In this document: in pieces, positions 48,065-62,229 of the stretch
Layout: each line of letters begins with the position of its first letter
Numbering within the stretch: position 1 is the stretch's first letter
NCBI RefSeq assembly: GCF_009914755.1
Contig: NC_060938.1
Direction: 5' to 3' (one strand)
Origin: the human T2T-CHM13v2.0 reference genome, Homo sapiens
DNA: 64,000 nt
The notes under the pieces: model-generated
What the model was told of the DNA's origin: nothing
Database searches by the model: none
What the model saw: only the letters and a program-made list of their open reading frames with translations
Made by a program: the position numbers and the translations under genes

Positions 48065-48520
48065 CAGTATGTATTTACTAAATGCTTACTAAGTATAAGA
48101 TGCTATTCTCAATGCTGTAGAAAAAAAATTAAAATTCTATGTTCACTGAAGTCAACATCTCAAATGTTGGCAATGTAGGAATGAAATTATCTTAAAAGAG
48201 ATAATGCATAATTTGCTGTGGAAGTACAAAGGAGGAAGAGATCACATTCAGCGGGAGGGATTATAAAAAACCTGGAGGAGGATTTAGTGTGTGGGTGGAC
48301 CTCAAAGGGTTGTTAAGCTTTCAAAAGGCAGGGATAAAATAAGGGGCAATTTAGGAAAATAGGAACAACATGAGCAAAGGCACAGAGATGGGAAACTATA
48401 GCTTGTTTTTGGAGAAATGGTCATAGTTAAATTTAGCTGAAGCATAAAGATATGTATGTAAAAAAGAAGTGAGTAAGACTGAAGAAGTGATGGCATATGT
48501 CAGAGAGTCCTGGGTAGAGA
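48065..48520 (-). mobile_element. L2 fragment
   Basis: tatttactaaatgcttactaag...ggaacaacatgagcaaaggcacagagatggga. Confidence 0.6.
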
Positions 48521-49049
48521 GGCAGTGAGGCAGGGAGGTGGGGAGGCCACATGGTGAACTGCAAAGAGCATGTGCTTCCCAGCCAGAGATGGGTTAGAAA
48601 TCAAGGATCTCCCCAAAATATTAGTTCTGCAATAGGATTGTCAAATCATGTCTCCAATCTATAATTTTTCTAATACAAAAGACACGTGTATGCTTACCTT
48701 AAAAAAAATCCCACGGCCAAACCAAACCAAACTATGATGTTCATAATGATGGCTGTGAGACTTTTTTGTTAAAGCTTTTTGTTAACAAAAAGTTAAATTG
48801 TGTTCAGTGTATCTTGTCTAAGAAGTCAGGAAAGTGAATAGGAGGCTGGGGCTGGGTAAGGGCACCTAGGAGTCACTGAGGATAGCTTTCCTGAGAGAGG
48901 TTGGTGTAGGTTGTACAGGAAAGAGGGCTGTAATAAGAACTTTTGTGTTTTGAAGGTTTAAAATCCAACTATACACCCCATTCTGAGGGAGGGAAGAGAG
49001 AAAAGGATTCTGGATCTGAGAAGTGGTGAATGTTGGAAGAGTCCTGAAC

Positions 49050-49330
49050 AGCATCCCTCGGGGGTGGGCAGCATTTGGGGAAGCTGGCGTATGCGGCACG
49101 AGAGTGCAAGGAAGGAAGAGCTGCAACCACGTGGCTGAGCTCAGCCCTGGGAGATGGGGCCGTCCTTCCTCTGGGAGCCACGGAAATTTCTACCTGGGTC
49201 TAGGCGGGCAGAGGCTCTGCAGCAGCGGACACGCATGACTGGGTAGAGCCAGTCTTCAACAGTGCCACCGTGTGGCAGAGAGGAGCAGTGACAGTTATAA
49301 CTCCGTAGAATTATATGCGGGTTCTCCCAG
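49050..49330. promoter_or_regulatory. CpG-retaining candidate cis-regulatory element with a CTCF-like site
   Basis: 13 CpGs in 49059-49319 outside any recognised young repeat; CCACGTGG at 49127-49134; CAGTGCCACCGTGTGGCAG at 49260-49278. Confidence 0.55.
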
Positions 49331-50763
49331 CCCAGCCTTGAAAACTAAGCAGCTCTCTCTTCCTGGAGTGTGAGGGCTTCAGCATCCAGGGACAAAGCCC
49401 AGTGTGTACATGGAGAAGGCTTAAAGAAGCCGATACCGTGCCTCTTGATAATAGGGAATATGAAAACTTGATAAATTAATTGAAAAGTGAAGAGAAGTGG
49501 CGAATTCAAATTTGTACGGCAGTTCTAAGTGATAATTAGAATAAAATCATTAGACAAAAAGGAAAAATATATCTAGTTCTAAAGCGTTAGCTTTTATCTT
49601 GCTAGAAAACTCAGCTGTCTAGAAACTCACATTCCTAAGCGTCTGGATTGAGATTTTCTTTTGGTTTTCATTCATCAGGGAATGAAGTGAAAGGATTGAA
49701 TTTTCACGTTACACTTAACTCAGGCTTGATAAGAGTCTGGAGGAGACAGTCTCTAATAATCCTATAATCCTAGATGTCCTGTCTATACCTTTTAACATCT
49801 CTGCATTTACTCCTTGAGTTTCTTGTGGTTGAGGAAGGATTTTGAAAGGGAGATGATGAGAAAAACATCACTCATATTAGTTACTGACTGAATTACATCC
49901 ATTTCTGGTCAGTCGTCATTAGGTAAAGCTCTAAATTTCAATCAGGATCTTGGCTAATTGTACTTTGGATTTGATAAGGAGTCATTGAAAAGTGAGCAAT
50001 GAATAAGATTAAAGCTAGGCATTTCTTCTTTTTAAACTAATGTATCATTCATTATTGGTTTAGTGCTCATCAGGTTTTGGTAAATAAATAAAAATCTTAG
50101 ATTTGGAAAGTTCTACAGTGGTCATTTAGTTCAACCTTTTATTCCCAGGCAGGAGACCTTTTCTGCAAAATACCTGACTTTTTGTGACAGAAGATCAATC
50201 AATTCAGGATCTGCTAAAACACACCTAGGGATGTAAAACTCACCACTTTGTGAAGCAGAACATTCACCTAATATTCAGAGTGTAGCCTGGGGGTAGCAAC
50301 GGGGCATCCCTGGAGAGTTAGTAGGAAATGCTCGATCTGAGTCCCTATCCCAGACTTGCTGAATCTGAATCTTCCCTTGACAGGATTCCTGGGTACTGGG
50401 TACTCATATATACGTAATGTTTGAAAAGCACTGGCTAATTCTATCGTTAGATGGTTTCAAATGTTAAATGGTTTCAAACTGACATCTTACTAAAACCTAA
50501 TGTTCTGGTGTGGTCTATGAACCCATCCCCACAGCCTCGGCTGTTAGCCCAGCTTCTGGCCATTCCTGCAGTTATAAAGCTTTGGCCACCACTGCCATTG
50601 TGGCCACCTCATCTCCTTACACTCAGTAGTTTCTGACTTTCCTGGGTGTGACGGCTGGGCTTTGGCACAGCCTTGGTCACATTTTCTGTGGTAGGAGCTG
50701 TGGCAACTCCAGGGCTTGGGCCAGATCAGATCCTGCTGCACCACTGAGGCTCTGGTTCTCTCA

Positions 50764-51373
<610 letters not shown>

Positions 51374-52681
51374 CTAAGGAACCTAGACTAAGACATCTGC
51401 CCTGTATATGTTTCACTCACTGCTTCTAATTCTGCCATCTGTCTGGCTTTGGAATGGTCAACATCTTTCATATACTTTCTTCCTTCAAATTCTACAATGC
51501 AGCTACCAGGCCTTCTCTTTTCTTGGTCAAACACCCTCAGCTTCTTTTAATGATTCCTCAAAATGCAGTTTTAGTCTCTCACCTCTTGCCTCAGTTTAAT
51601 ATGTCATTGTCTTAAATTGTGGCTCCTTGACTGCTCCGTTGGGTTTGGTCAGTGCAGGGCTGAGTTCATGATGGGAGGATGGGCTTCTCATTTCCTTTAT
51701 TGTGGGTATCATACTATTAATACAATAAATACAGCTATCCTGACCTGGACCTATTCTTGTGGGAATGCTGGCTATTTGGGTTGTGGTGACCTGACCGGTT
51801 AAAAATGAGCTTAGGGAAATTAGATTGAGAGTGAGCAAGGTTTAGCCTTCTGTGTCAGCTTCCGAGGAAGGCCAGGGTCCTCCATTGGCCCTGGAGTTCT
51901 TTAGGATGTCTGCTTTTTCTTAAAGATAAATTTGTGTTGACTCCCAAGGCAGAGGTGGTGAGATGAGGTGTTCACGTTACTTCCCAGGAGCTTTGCCCTC
52001 CTTGGGGTTAGAGTCTTCATTTTCTATTGCCTAGACAAACCCAGAGCCAGAGGATTCCTTAAAAACATTCAAGATTGTACCACATTCACAAGAATGTGAA
52101 TCTCGGAGGATGACCTAATAGCCATATGAACTGTTCTAAAGTCTAGAACATCTTGTTATTCTGGATCCCCCCCCTTTTTTTTTTTTTTTTAAAAAAAAGA
52201 CTCTATCCCCTACCAAGTTTTAGAAACTTTTATGCTGTATGAATCGGCATTAGCTGAGTGCTTATAGGGAGCAAGCACTGTACCAACTTCATGGGAAGCA
52301 CAGATAAAGGTAAGAGATAATGCCTCCAGGGTCTTGTGAAGGCAAGACATATATTACAAAAGATACCTAATATGAGGAGCCTATGACCACTGAATGAGTT
52401 CAGAGGAGGGGAGGACCCTATGGCATGGACAAGTTAGAGAGGCGCTATGGAAACTTCAGTGAAGAGACCTTTAGATTTATGGTATGACTCTTTCCTTTAG
52501 CCCTCCCAGCAGAAAGTTACAGACTGGAAACTATGTTGGTATTTCCCTTATACCTAAAGGCAAAGGACATGTCATGTTCTTGATATTTACAGAACACTAT
52601 GAAAACATATGGTGCAGTACCTTATCGGGGCAGAGAAATGACTACATTTTTGCTTTTAGTTAAAAACACTGGGTTGAATCA

Positions 52682-55600
52682 GGGATTCCCAGGCAAGATG
52701 GCCAAATAGGAACAGCTCCGGTCTGCAGCTCCCAGTGAGACTGATGAAGAAGGAGGGTGATTTCTGCATTTCCAACTGAGGTACCAGGTTCATCTCACTG
52801 GGACTAGATTGACACTGGGTGCAGCCCACGAAGGGCAAGCAGAAGCAGGGTGGGGTGTTGCCTCACCCGGGAAGTGCAAGGGGTCAGGGAACTCCTTCCC
52901 CTAGCCAAGGAAAGCCATGAGGGACTGTGCCATGAGGAACAGTGCATTCTGGCCCAGATACTATGCTTTTCCCACAGTCTTCGTAACCCACAGACCAGTA
53001 GGTTTCCTCGGGTGCCTGTGCCACCAGGGACCTGGGTTTCAAGCACAAACTGGGCTGCCTTTTGGGCAGACACTAATCTAGCTGCAGGAGTTTTTTTTCA
53101 TATCCCAGTGATGCGTGGAATGCCAGCAAGACAGAACCATTCACTCCCCTGGAAAGGGAACTGAAGCCAGGGAGCCAAGTGGTCTTGCTCAGTGGATCAC
53201 ACCCACACAGAGTCCAGCAAGCTAAGATCCACTGGCTTGAAATTCTTGCTGCCAGCACAGCAGTCTAGAGTTGACCTGGGATGCTGGAGCTTGGTGGGGG
53301 GAGGGGCCCCCGCCATTGCTGAGGTTTGAGTAGGCAGTATTCCCCTCACAGTTTAAACAAAGCCGCCTGGAAATTTGGACAGGGCGGAGCACACCACAGC
53401 ACCACAAAGCCGCTGTAGCCAGACTGCCACTCTAGATTCCACCTCTCTGGGCAGGACATCTCTGAAAGAAAGGCAGCAGCCCCAGTCAGGGGCTTATAGA
53501 TAAAACTCCCATCTCCCTGGGGACAGAGCACTTGGGGGAAGGGGTGGCTGTGGGTGCAGCTTCAGCAGACTTAAACATTCCTGCCTGCCAGAACTGAAGA
53601 GAGCAGAGGATCTCACAGACAGTGCTTGAGCTCCGCTAAGGGACAGGCTGTCTCTTCAAGTGGGGTCCCTGAACCCCGTGCCTCCTGATGGGAGACACCT
53701 CCCAGCAGGAATCGACAGACACCTCATACAGGAGAGCTCTGGCTGGCATCTGGCGGGTGCCTTTCTGGGAAGAAGCTTCCAGAGGAAAGAGCACGTAGCA
53801 ATCTTTGGTGTTCTGTAACCTCTGCTGGTGATACCCAGGCAAACAGGGTCTGGAGTGAACCCCCAGCGAACTCCAGAAGACCTGCAGAAGAGGGGCCTGA
53901 CTGTTAGAAGGAAAACTAACAAACAGAAATCAATAGCATCAACATCAACAAAAAGGATGACCACGCAAAATTTCCATCTGAAGGTCACCAACAGCAAAGA
54001 CCAAAGGTAGATAAATCCATGAAGATGAGGAAAAACCAGCACAAAAAGGCTGAAAATTCCAAAATCCACAATGCCTCTTCTCCAAAGGGTCACAACTCCT
54101 CACCAGCAAGGGAACAAGACTGGATGGAGAATGAGTATGACAAATTGACAGAAGTTGGCTTCAGAAGGTGGGTAATAACAAACTCCTCCAAGCTAAAGGA
54201 GCATGTTCTAACCCAATGCAAGGAAGCTAAGAACCTTGACAAAAGGTTAGAGGAATTGCTAACTAGAATAACCAGTTTAGAGAAGAACATAAATGACCTG
54301 ATGGAGCTGAAAAACACAGCACGAGAACTTTGTGAAGCATACACAAGTATCAATAGCCGAATTGATCAAGCAGAAGAAAGGATATCAGAGATTGAAGATC
54401 AACTTAATGAAATAAAGCATGAGGGCAAGATTAGGGAAAAAAGAATGAAAAGGAAAGAACAAAGCCCCCAAGGAATATGGGACTACATGAAAAGATGAAA
54501 GAGAGGACACAAACACATAGGAAAACATTCCCTGCTTATAGATAGGAAGAATCAATATCGTGAAAATGGCCATACTGCCCAAAGTAATTTATAGATTCAA
54601 TGCTATCCACATCAATCTACCACTGACTTTCTTCAGAAAACTAGAAAAAACTACTTTAAATTTTATATGGAACTAAAAAAGAGCCTGTATAGCCAAGACA
54701 ATCCTAAGCCAAAAGAACAAAGCTGGAGGCGTTATGCTACCTGACTTCAAACTATACTACCAGGCTACAGTAACCAAAACAGCATGGTACTGTTACGCAA
54801 ACAGATATATAGACCAATGGAACAGAACAGAGGCCTCAGAAATAATGCCATACATCTACAACTATCTGATCTTTGACGAACTTGACAAAAACAAGCAATG
54901 GGGAAAGAATTCTCTATTTAATAAATGGTGTTGGGAAAACCGGCTAGCCATATGCAGAAAACTGAAATTGGACCCCTTCCTTACACATTATACAAAAATT
55001 AACTCAAGATGGATTAAAGACTTAAACATAAGACCTAACACCATAAACACCCTAGAAGAAAACCTAGGCAATACCATTCAGGACATAGGCATGGGCAAAG
55101 ACGTCATGACTAAAATACCAAAAGCAATGGCAACAAAAGCCAAAATAGACAAATGGGATCTAATTAAACTAAAGAGCTTCTGCACAGAAAAAGAAACTGT
55201 CATCAGTGTGAACAGGCAACCTATAGAATGGGAGAAAGTTTTTGCAATCTATCCATTTGACAAAGGGCTAATATCCAGAATCTACAAGGAACTTAAACAA
55301 GTTTACAAGAAAAAAAAATCCATCAGAAAGTGGATGAAGGATATGAACAGGCAGTTTTCAAAAGAAGACATTTATGTGGCCAATAAACATGAGAAAAAGC
55401 TCATCATCACTGGTCACTAGAGAAATGCAAATCAAAACCACAATGAGATACCACCTCACGCCAGTTAGAATGGTGATCATTAAAAAGTCAGGAAACAACA
55501 GATGCTGGAGAGGATGTGGAGAAATAGGAATGCTTTTACGCTGTTGGTGGGAGTGAAAATTAGTTCAACCATTGTGGAAGACAGTGTGGCGATTCCTCAA

Positions 55601-56174
55601 GGATCTAGAACCAGAAATACCATTTGACCCAGCAATCCCATTACTGGGTATATACCCCCAAAATTATAAATCATTCTCCTATAAAGACACATGCACATGT
55701 ATGTATATTGTGGCACTATTCACAATAGCAAAAACTTGGAACCAACCCAAATGTCCATCAATGATAGACTGGATTAAGAAAATGTGGCACATATACACCA
55801 TGGAATACTATGCAGCCATAATAAAGGATGAGTTCATGTCCTTTGCAGGGACATGGATGAAGCTGGAAACCATCATTTTCAGCAAACTAATACAGGAACA
55901 GGAAACCAAACACTGCATGTTCTCACTCATAAGTGGGAGTTGAACAATGAGAACACATGGACACAGGGAGGGAAACATCACACACTGGGCCTGCTGGGGG
56001 ATGGGGGCAAGGGGAGGGATAGCATTAGGAGAAATACCTAATGTAGATGACGGGTTGATGAGTGCAGCAAACCACCATGGCACATGTATACCTATGTAAC
56101 AAACCTGCACGTTCTGCACATGTATCCCAGAACTTAAAGTATATTAAAAACAACAACAAGAAAAATAACAACAA
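52682..56174 (+). mobile_element. L1PA7-like element with full 5'UTR, ORF1 5' half and ~3-kb internal deletion
   Basis: ggcaagatggcc start, ORF1 N-terminus, jump into late ORF2 at about 54495, L1PA7 3'UTR; TSD aaaaacactgg at 52662-52672 and 56175-56185. Confidence 0.95.
54019..54498 (+). pseudogene. Truncated L1 ORF1p (N-terminal region plus coiled coil only), open 159-codon frame
   Basis: MRKNQHKKAENSK...LEKNINDLMELKN...RIDQAEERISEIED...IWDYMKR*; the stop lies at the deletion junction. Confidence 0.9.
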
Positions 56175-57347
56175 AAAAACACTGGTGAAGAATCCATACC
56201 AACAAGCCCCAAACAATAAAACATCTCGCTATTCAGAATGATTACTTTCAGTTTAATGTCAGCCTCCTATCCCTTGGAGATTGAGGAAAGTGGACTCACT
56301 TATTCTTGGCATATTTGAGAACCTATTTTTCGCAATGTAGAAGTGCCACAGTAAATGACCAGACAGGAAAAGACAAGCAGAGAAATTTGGGAAGGTATTT
56401 CATCGCCTACCAGCCAGTTCGTAAATGTTCATTTTAAATGATTTGTGGTAAGAGTATAGCACTAAGTTGGTTTCTTTCTGCTCCCAGCACACTCCTTCTG
56501 GGCAGTCTCCTTTTTTTAAACAAGTATGACGGTACACTGACAATGTAAATTAGTTTTAATATTTTAAGATTAACCTTACCTTGGCTCCTGAGGTCTTGGT
56601 GCATTCTCAAGGGAAAGGAAGGAAGGCAAGTAGGGCAGTAAGGGCAAGAGAATTATTAAACCCATCTCAAGTCCCACTTTTCTCTTGATGAGGATGGTGA
56701 CCTGTCTTAAAGCTATGGTCTTCTACCCAGGGGTTCTACAAAGACCCTGAGATTATATGTAAAATATTGTGTGCATCGAATTGTTACAGAAAGACACTTT
56801 CCAACTCCCTCCCCATCATCTTTCTTTGCCAAGTCATTCTGCAACACTTGCTATTCATGGACAGCTGTTCTTACTCCTTCACACTTTCCCAAGCCTGGAA
56901 ACCCTCATTTTATTCATCATCGGTGTATTTTCATTCTTGCTCCTGCAATCCATTCTGTTCTCAGTGGTCAGTGAACTCAAGAAAGAAAAACCTTGTACAT
57001 TTATACATGGGATGGGGAGGGGACAAAAACAAAAACAAAATCCCTCTTTGGTGGCTCCCCTTTGCACTTATAATAAAATCCAAAGTTCTACCCTGCAACC
57101 TAGTCTAGTGCCACCCCCTTCCTCCAGAAGTTTCTTCAGTTCTGCTTTCTCTCTATTCCACAGTGCTGTGCTCTTCTCTGATTCTGTTCTCACTGTCTGC
57201 AGTGCTCTCTTCTCTCTTTGCCTGGCCAAATTCAATCCATCCTGCAAGTTCAGCTTAAATTGGACACTCACAAAGGGAAATTATTGAATTACATCTTCTA
57301 AACGTATTTTTTTCTATTATGAATAGCATCTTCTAAAAAAGTTTCTT

Positions 57348-57638
57348 GGCTAGGTGCTGTGGCTCACACTTGTAATCCCAGCACTTTAGGAGGCTGAAGC
57401 AAGAGGATGGCTTGAGCTCAGGAGTTCAAGACTAGCATAGGCAACATAGAGAGACCTCATATCTACTAAAAAAAATTTTTTTAAATTAGCCAGGCATAAT
57501 GGTGCACACTTGTAGTCCCAGCTACTTGGGAGGCTAATGTAGGAGGATCACTTGAGCCCAGGAGATAGAGGCTGTAGTAAGCTTTGATCTTGCCATTGCA
57601 CTTTAGCCTGAGTGACACAGCGAGACCCTGTCTCCAAA
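57348..57638 (+). mobile_element. AluJ inside an L2 fragment (about 57040-57870)
   Basis: Alu dimer; TSD aaaaagtttctt; L2 end tgaatgaatgaa near 57860. Confidence 0.88.
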
Positions 57639-57943
57639 TTTTTTTAAAAAGTTTCTTATTATATTTTAAAACTATGTATTTATCTTTCTATTTATTCATA
57701 TAATGTATATCTCACCTCATAGACTCAAGTTGTTGTGAAGACAGGTGCCTTTTTTCTCCTCAATAACTATTGTATTCCCATGCTTGCCTGAGTACCTGCC
57801 TGAAATATTGCATGGTCTTTAAAACTATTTATTGATTCACCTACTGACTGACTGACTGAATGAATGAACATTATTGGCATTTAAATTAAGCAGAGTAGTT
57901 TTGTTAGAATAAAAAAATAATGCTAAAATAAATGCAGACATTA

Positions 57944-58348
<405 letters not shown>

Positions 58349-58375
58349 TTACAAAATATTGTGCATTGTTTTATC

Positions 58376-58681
58376 TTTTTTTTTGTTTTGTTTTGTTTTT
58401 TGAGACAGGTCTCACTCTGTTGCCTAGTCTGAAGTGCAGTGGCATGATCACAGCTTACTGTAACCTCCACCTCCTGGGCTCAAGTGATCCTCCCACCTCA
58501 GCCTACTGAGTAGCTGGGACTACAAGTGTGTGCTACCATGCCTGGCTAATTTTTGTATTTTTTGTAGGAATGGGGTTTCACTATGTTGGCCAGACTGGTC
58601 TCGAACTCCTGACCTCAAGAGATGCACCTGTCTTTGCCTCTCAAAATGCTAAGATTATAGGCTTGTGCTACATGCCTGGCC
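58376..58681 (-). mobile_element. AluJ
   Basis: Antisense Alu dimer (ctcctgggctcaagtgatcctccc). Confidence 0.9.
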
Positions 58682-58718
58682 TGGTGTTTTAATATTGTAT
58701 ATTAAAAAGAAAAATATT

Positions 58719-59002
58719 GGATACAAAGAATTCAAAATTTCATTTAGGTAGGAGGAATAAGTTCAGGGGATCTATTGTACAACATGATGAATATAGATAA
58801 TAATATGTTGTGTACTTATTAAAATTGCTGAAAATTACCTAGAGTAGATTTTAGATTTCTCATCACATATACAAAAGAAAAGTGTGTAAGGAGATAGATC
58901 TGTTAATTAGCTTGATTTAGCCATTCTACAATGTGTGCATATATCGAAACATCATGTTGCACACCATAAATATATACAATTTTGAAAATTAAAAATAAAA
59001 AT
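58719..59002 (+). mobile_element. L1MA 3' end
   Basis: ggaggaataagttcaggggatctattgtacaac...gttaattagcttgatttagccattc...catcatgttgcacaccataaatatatacaa. Confidence 0.85.
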
Positions 59003-59604
59003 ATTGGTCTACATGTATATGCCAAAATGTAAACAACAGTTCTTTGGGTGGCAGATTTTAAGTGGTTTCTATTTGTTTTATTTATTTGTGTTTTTTTCAT
59101 ATAATTGCTTTGTTTTAAAGTTATAGAAGCCATTGATTCCTTAAGTAATCTATTAATTCATTCAACAACTATTTGTTATCTACTTTGTGTCAAGCATTGT
59201 TCCAGAAACTGGATTTATGTGCTGATTATAAAATTCAAGTGCAAATCCTTTTGTGTACACCTTCTTTTTAACATTTCTTTCTCGTTAACCACTTTAACAG
59301 TGTAGATGGATCCTTCTAAATGTTTTCTTTGTTCCTTTGATAGGATTTATATACATTTTGTTCTACGCAGTTATAGATTTTTGAACATAATATGATCATA
59401 CTATGCCTATCGTTCTGTGACTTCCTTTTTAGCAACTTAATATATCCAGGAAAAATTTTCATGCCACCACATTTAAAGGTATCTCATTAAGAAGGAAAAA
59501 AGCTGCATGTTTCCATAATTATTTCATCAATTCTCTTATTCATGAGCACTTTGGTTGTTTAAAATTTATTCTCTAAGTTACATGCACACACACCCAACAA
59601 TATG

Positions 59605-59764
59605 TTATTTTGTTATTTGGGTTTTTTTGTTTGTTTATTTGTTTTGTAGAGATGGAGTTTCACCATGTTGGTCAGATTGGTCTTGAACTCCTGCCTTCGA
59701 GCTATCTGCCTGTCTTGGCTTCCCAAAGTACTGGGACTACAGGTGTGAGCCATCATGCCCAGCC
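59605..59764 (-). mobile_element. Alu left-arm monomer (FLAM-like)
   Basis: gtagagatggagtttcaccatgttgg...caggtgtgagccatcatgcccagcc only. Confidence 0.8.
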
Positions 59765-59945
59765 CCCAACAATATATTATTTGTTTAATTAAAAGTAAGG
59801 TTAAAAAAAAGACAAGGAGCACTTAGCCATTCATGACACAAGGCAAATGTTATGCCAAAATGGCTTGTACGCTGGAAAAAAATTACAATTAATGTCCGTG
59901 GACTAGACTTGAAAAGGTGAGTGTTGTGACCACTTTTCAACTTGA

Positions 59946-60271
<326 letters not shown>

Positions 60272-60809
60272 TGTGTCTAGAAATTCTTAAATTGGGTCAA
60301 TCTGAACATAAGGCCAAGCACGTCAGTGGTAGGCAATATTTTATGAGCAGATTAAATTATTCACATTTTGACGCCATTGTAATGATTTTTAGGTAGATGA
60401 AAAGTGTTTAATTTTAGTCTTTTCCCAAAGGAAGAATACTTTCCTTCAATGAGTTACTGTATATTGGTGATGCTTGCTGGGAATCAAAATGTGGTGAGAA
60501 AAGAAATTTCTCAGAAAAAAAAAATCTCAGAATCTTTTATACTGTAACAGAGGAAGGATGAAAGGGAAGGCCAAACTTGAATTACTTATGCAGATTTTAT
60601 TTGGAAGTGATACCTACTTTATATGTTTGAAAAATGCTCATGCTTCTAATATTAATACCTATTGGATCAATAGATATGTTACAGCATGTTAAATTATATA
60701 TAAAATAAACAAGATAGTGTTAGTGCTTGCCTTCTACAGGCTTAGAGTCTATAATTCCAAAGGTTATCTATGAATTTCAGATCTGAAAATTAGAGATTCA
60801 CCTATGCCT

Positions 60810-61730
60810 TTTTTTTTTCTTTTACTTATTCTTAAGATTTTAAAGTAAAATTTACATAAAGTGGAATGCACCTATTAAGAATGCAGATTGGCTGGACGCA
60901 GTGGCGGATACCTGTAATCCCAGCACTTTGGGAGGCTGAGGTGGGAGGTTTGCTTGAGCCCAGGTGTTCGAGACTAGCCTATGCAACATAGGCAGATCCC
61001 ATCTCCACAAACAATAAAAGAATTAGCTGGGTTTGGTGGTGCGCATCTGTGGTCCCAGCTACTGGGAAGGCTGAGGTGAGAGGATCACTTGAACCCTGGA
61101 GGTTGAGGCTGCAGTGAGCAGTGATTGTGCCATTGCACTCCAGCCTGAGTGACAGAGTGAGACTTCATCTAAACAACAACAACAACAACAACGAAAAAAA
61201 ACAAGTGCATATCGATGAGCTTTGACAAATATATGAGGCTCTTTCATCCTTATCTCAACTGGGATATATTTCTATCACCCCAAAACTTCCCTCCTGCCCC
61301 TTTCCAGTCAACATTCTTCTTGTGCCCTAAGTCAATCATTCTTCTGCTTTCCCTCATCATAGATTACTTTTTACCTGTTCTTGGACTTCATATAAACAAA
61401 ATTACATAAGTTCTTTTGTATCTTTTCTTTTATTCAACATAATGTCCCTAAAATTTATTCACATTGTTCTGTGTATCAGAAGTTCATTCCTTTTTATTGA
61501 TGGAGTGCTATTTCATTATATGGTTATATTTCAGTTTGCTTATTCATTATCCTATTGATGGACGTTTGGGTTGTTTCAGATTTTGGCTATTATGAATAAG
61601 GCTGCTTTGAACATTTTATACAAGTCTTTTTGTAAATACATGTTTTTGTTTCTCTTGGGTAAGTACCTAGGATTGGATTGCTGGGTCAAAGAACAGGAGC
61701 CTGTTTAACTTCAGAAGACACTGGCAGCTT
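60810..61730 (-). mobile_element. Old L1M (L1MB/MC-type) 3' end, split by an Alu
   Basis: gtaaaatttacataaagtggaatgcac...gagctttgacaaatat...ttgatggacgtttgggttgtttcag...ggattgctgggtcaaa. Confidence 0.75.
60889..61200 (+). mobile_element. AluJ
   Basis: Alu dimer with gaggctgcagtgagc and an (AAC)n tail. Confidence 0.9.
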
Positions 61731-62229
61731 TCATTTCTTCTTTGGTGTAACGTGATATTCATTTTTTAGTTCTTCTGAAGTACTTGAGGGTCCTCAGAGG
61801 AATGAATCTATTAAAGCAAGAATGATTATTAATTAAAGTTTGTGACAAATAAAGTATGCAATTTTTGTGTCAGGAATTTCACCTCTGCAAAGAGTTGTCT
61901 CAATTACCTAAAATCAAACTTAATTACCTAAAATCAAACTTAATAATTACCATGGCGTTCCAAAAGCCTTAAAGGTCAATGTACTTCATATAAAATCTTG
62001 AATAATCTTTTAAAAAGAAAATTGTATTAGTCAGGATCCAGCCAGGAAAAAAAGTTATTTTAACAAGAGAAAATTTAACATAAATAATTGTTAACTAGTT
62101 ATACAATTATTAGCTAGGTAACTGAAAAGGAAAGAGAGAATAGCAAAGTGTAATATAAGTAGCAATTACAGAAGCATCTACCTTTCCCTCAGGGTGGAGG
62201 AAAAGGGGAAGAGATTGAAATTCTTAAAA

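Noticed and set aside
52167-52198. Adjacent C, T and A homopolymer runs
   Set aside because: Simple slippage-prone sequence with no TSD or retrocopy body
54734-55420. 228-aa ORF as a domesticated gene
   Set aside because: Ordinary late-ORF2 remnant lacking endonuclease and RT core; similar open stretches occur in the other L1 copies
61902-61941. Exact 20-bp tandem duplication aattacctaaaatcaaactt
   Set aside because: Common slippage-type duplication with no evident motif consequence
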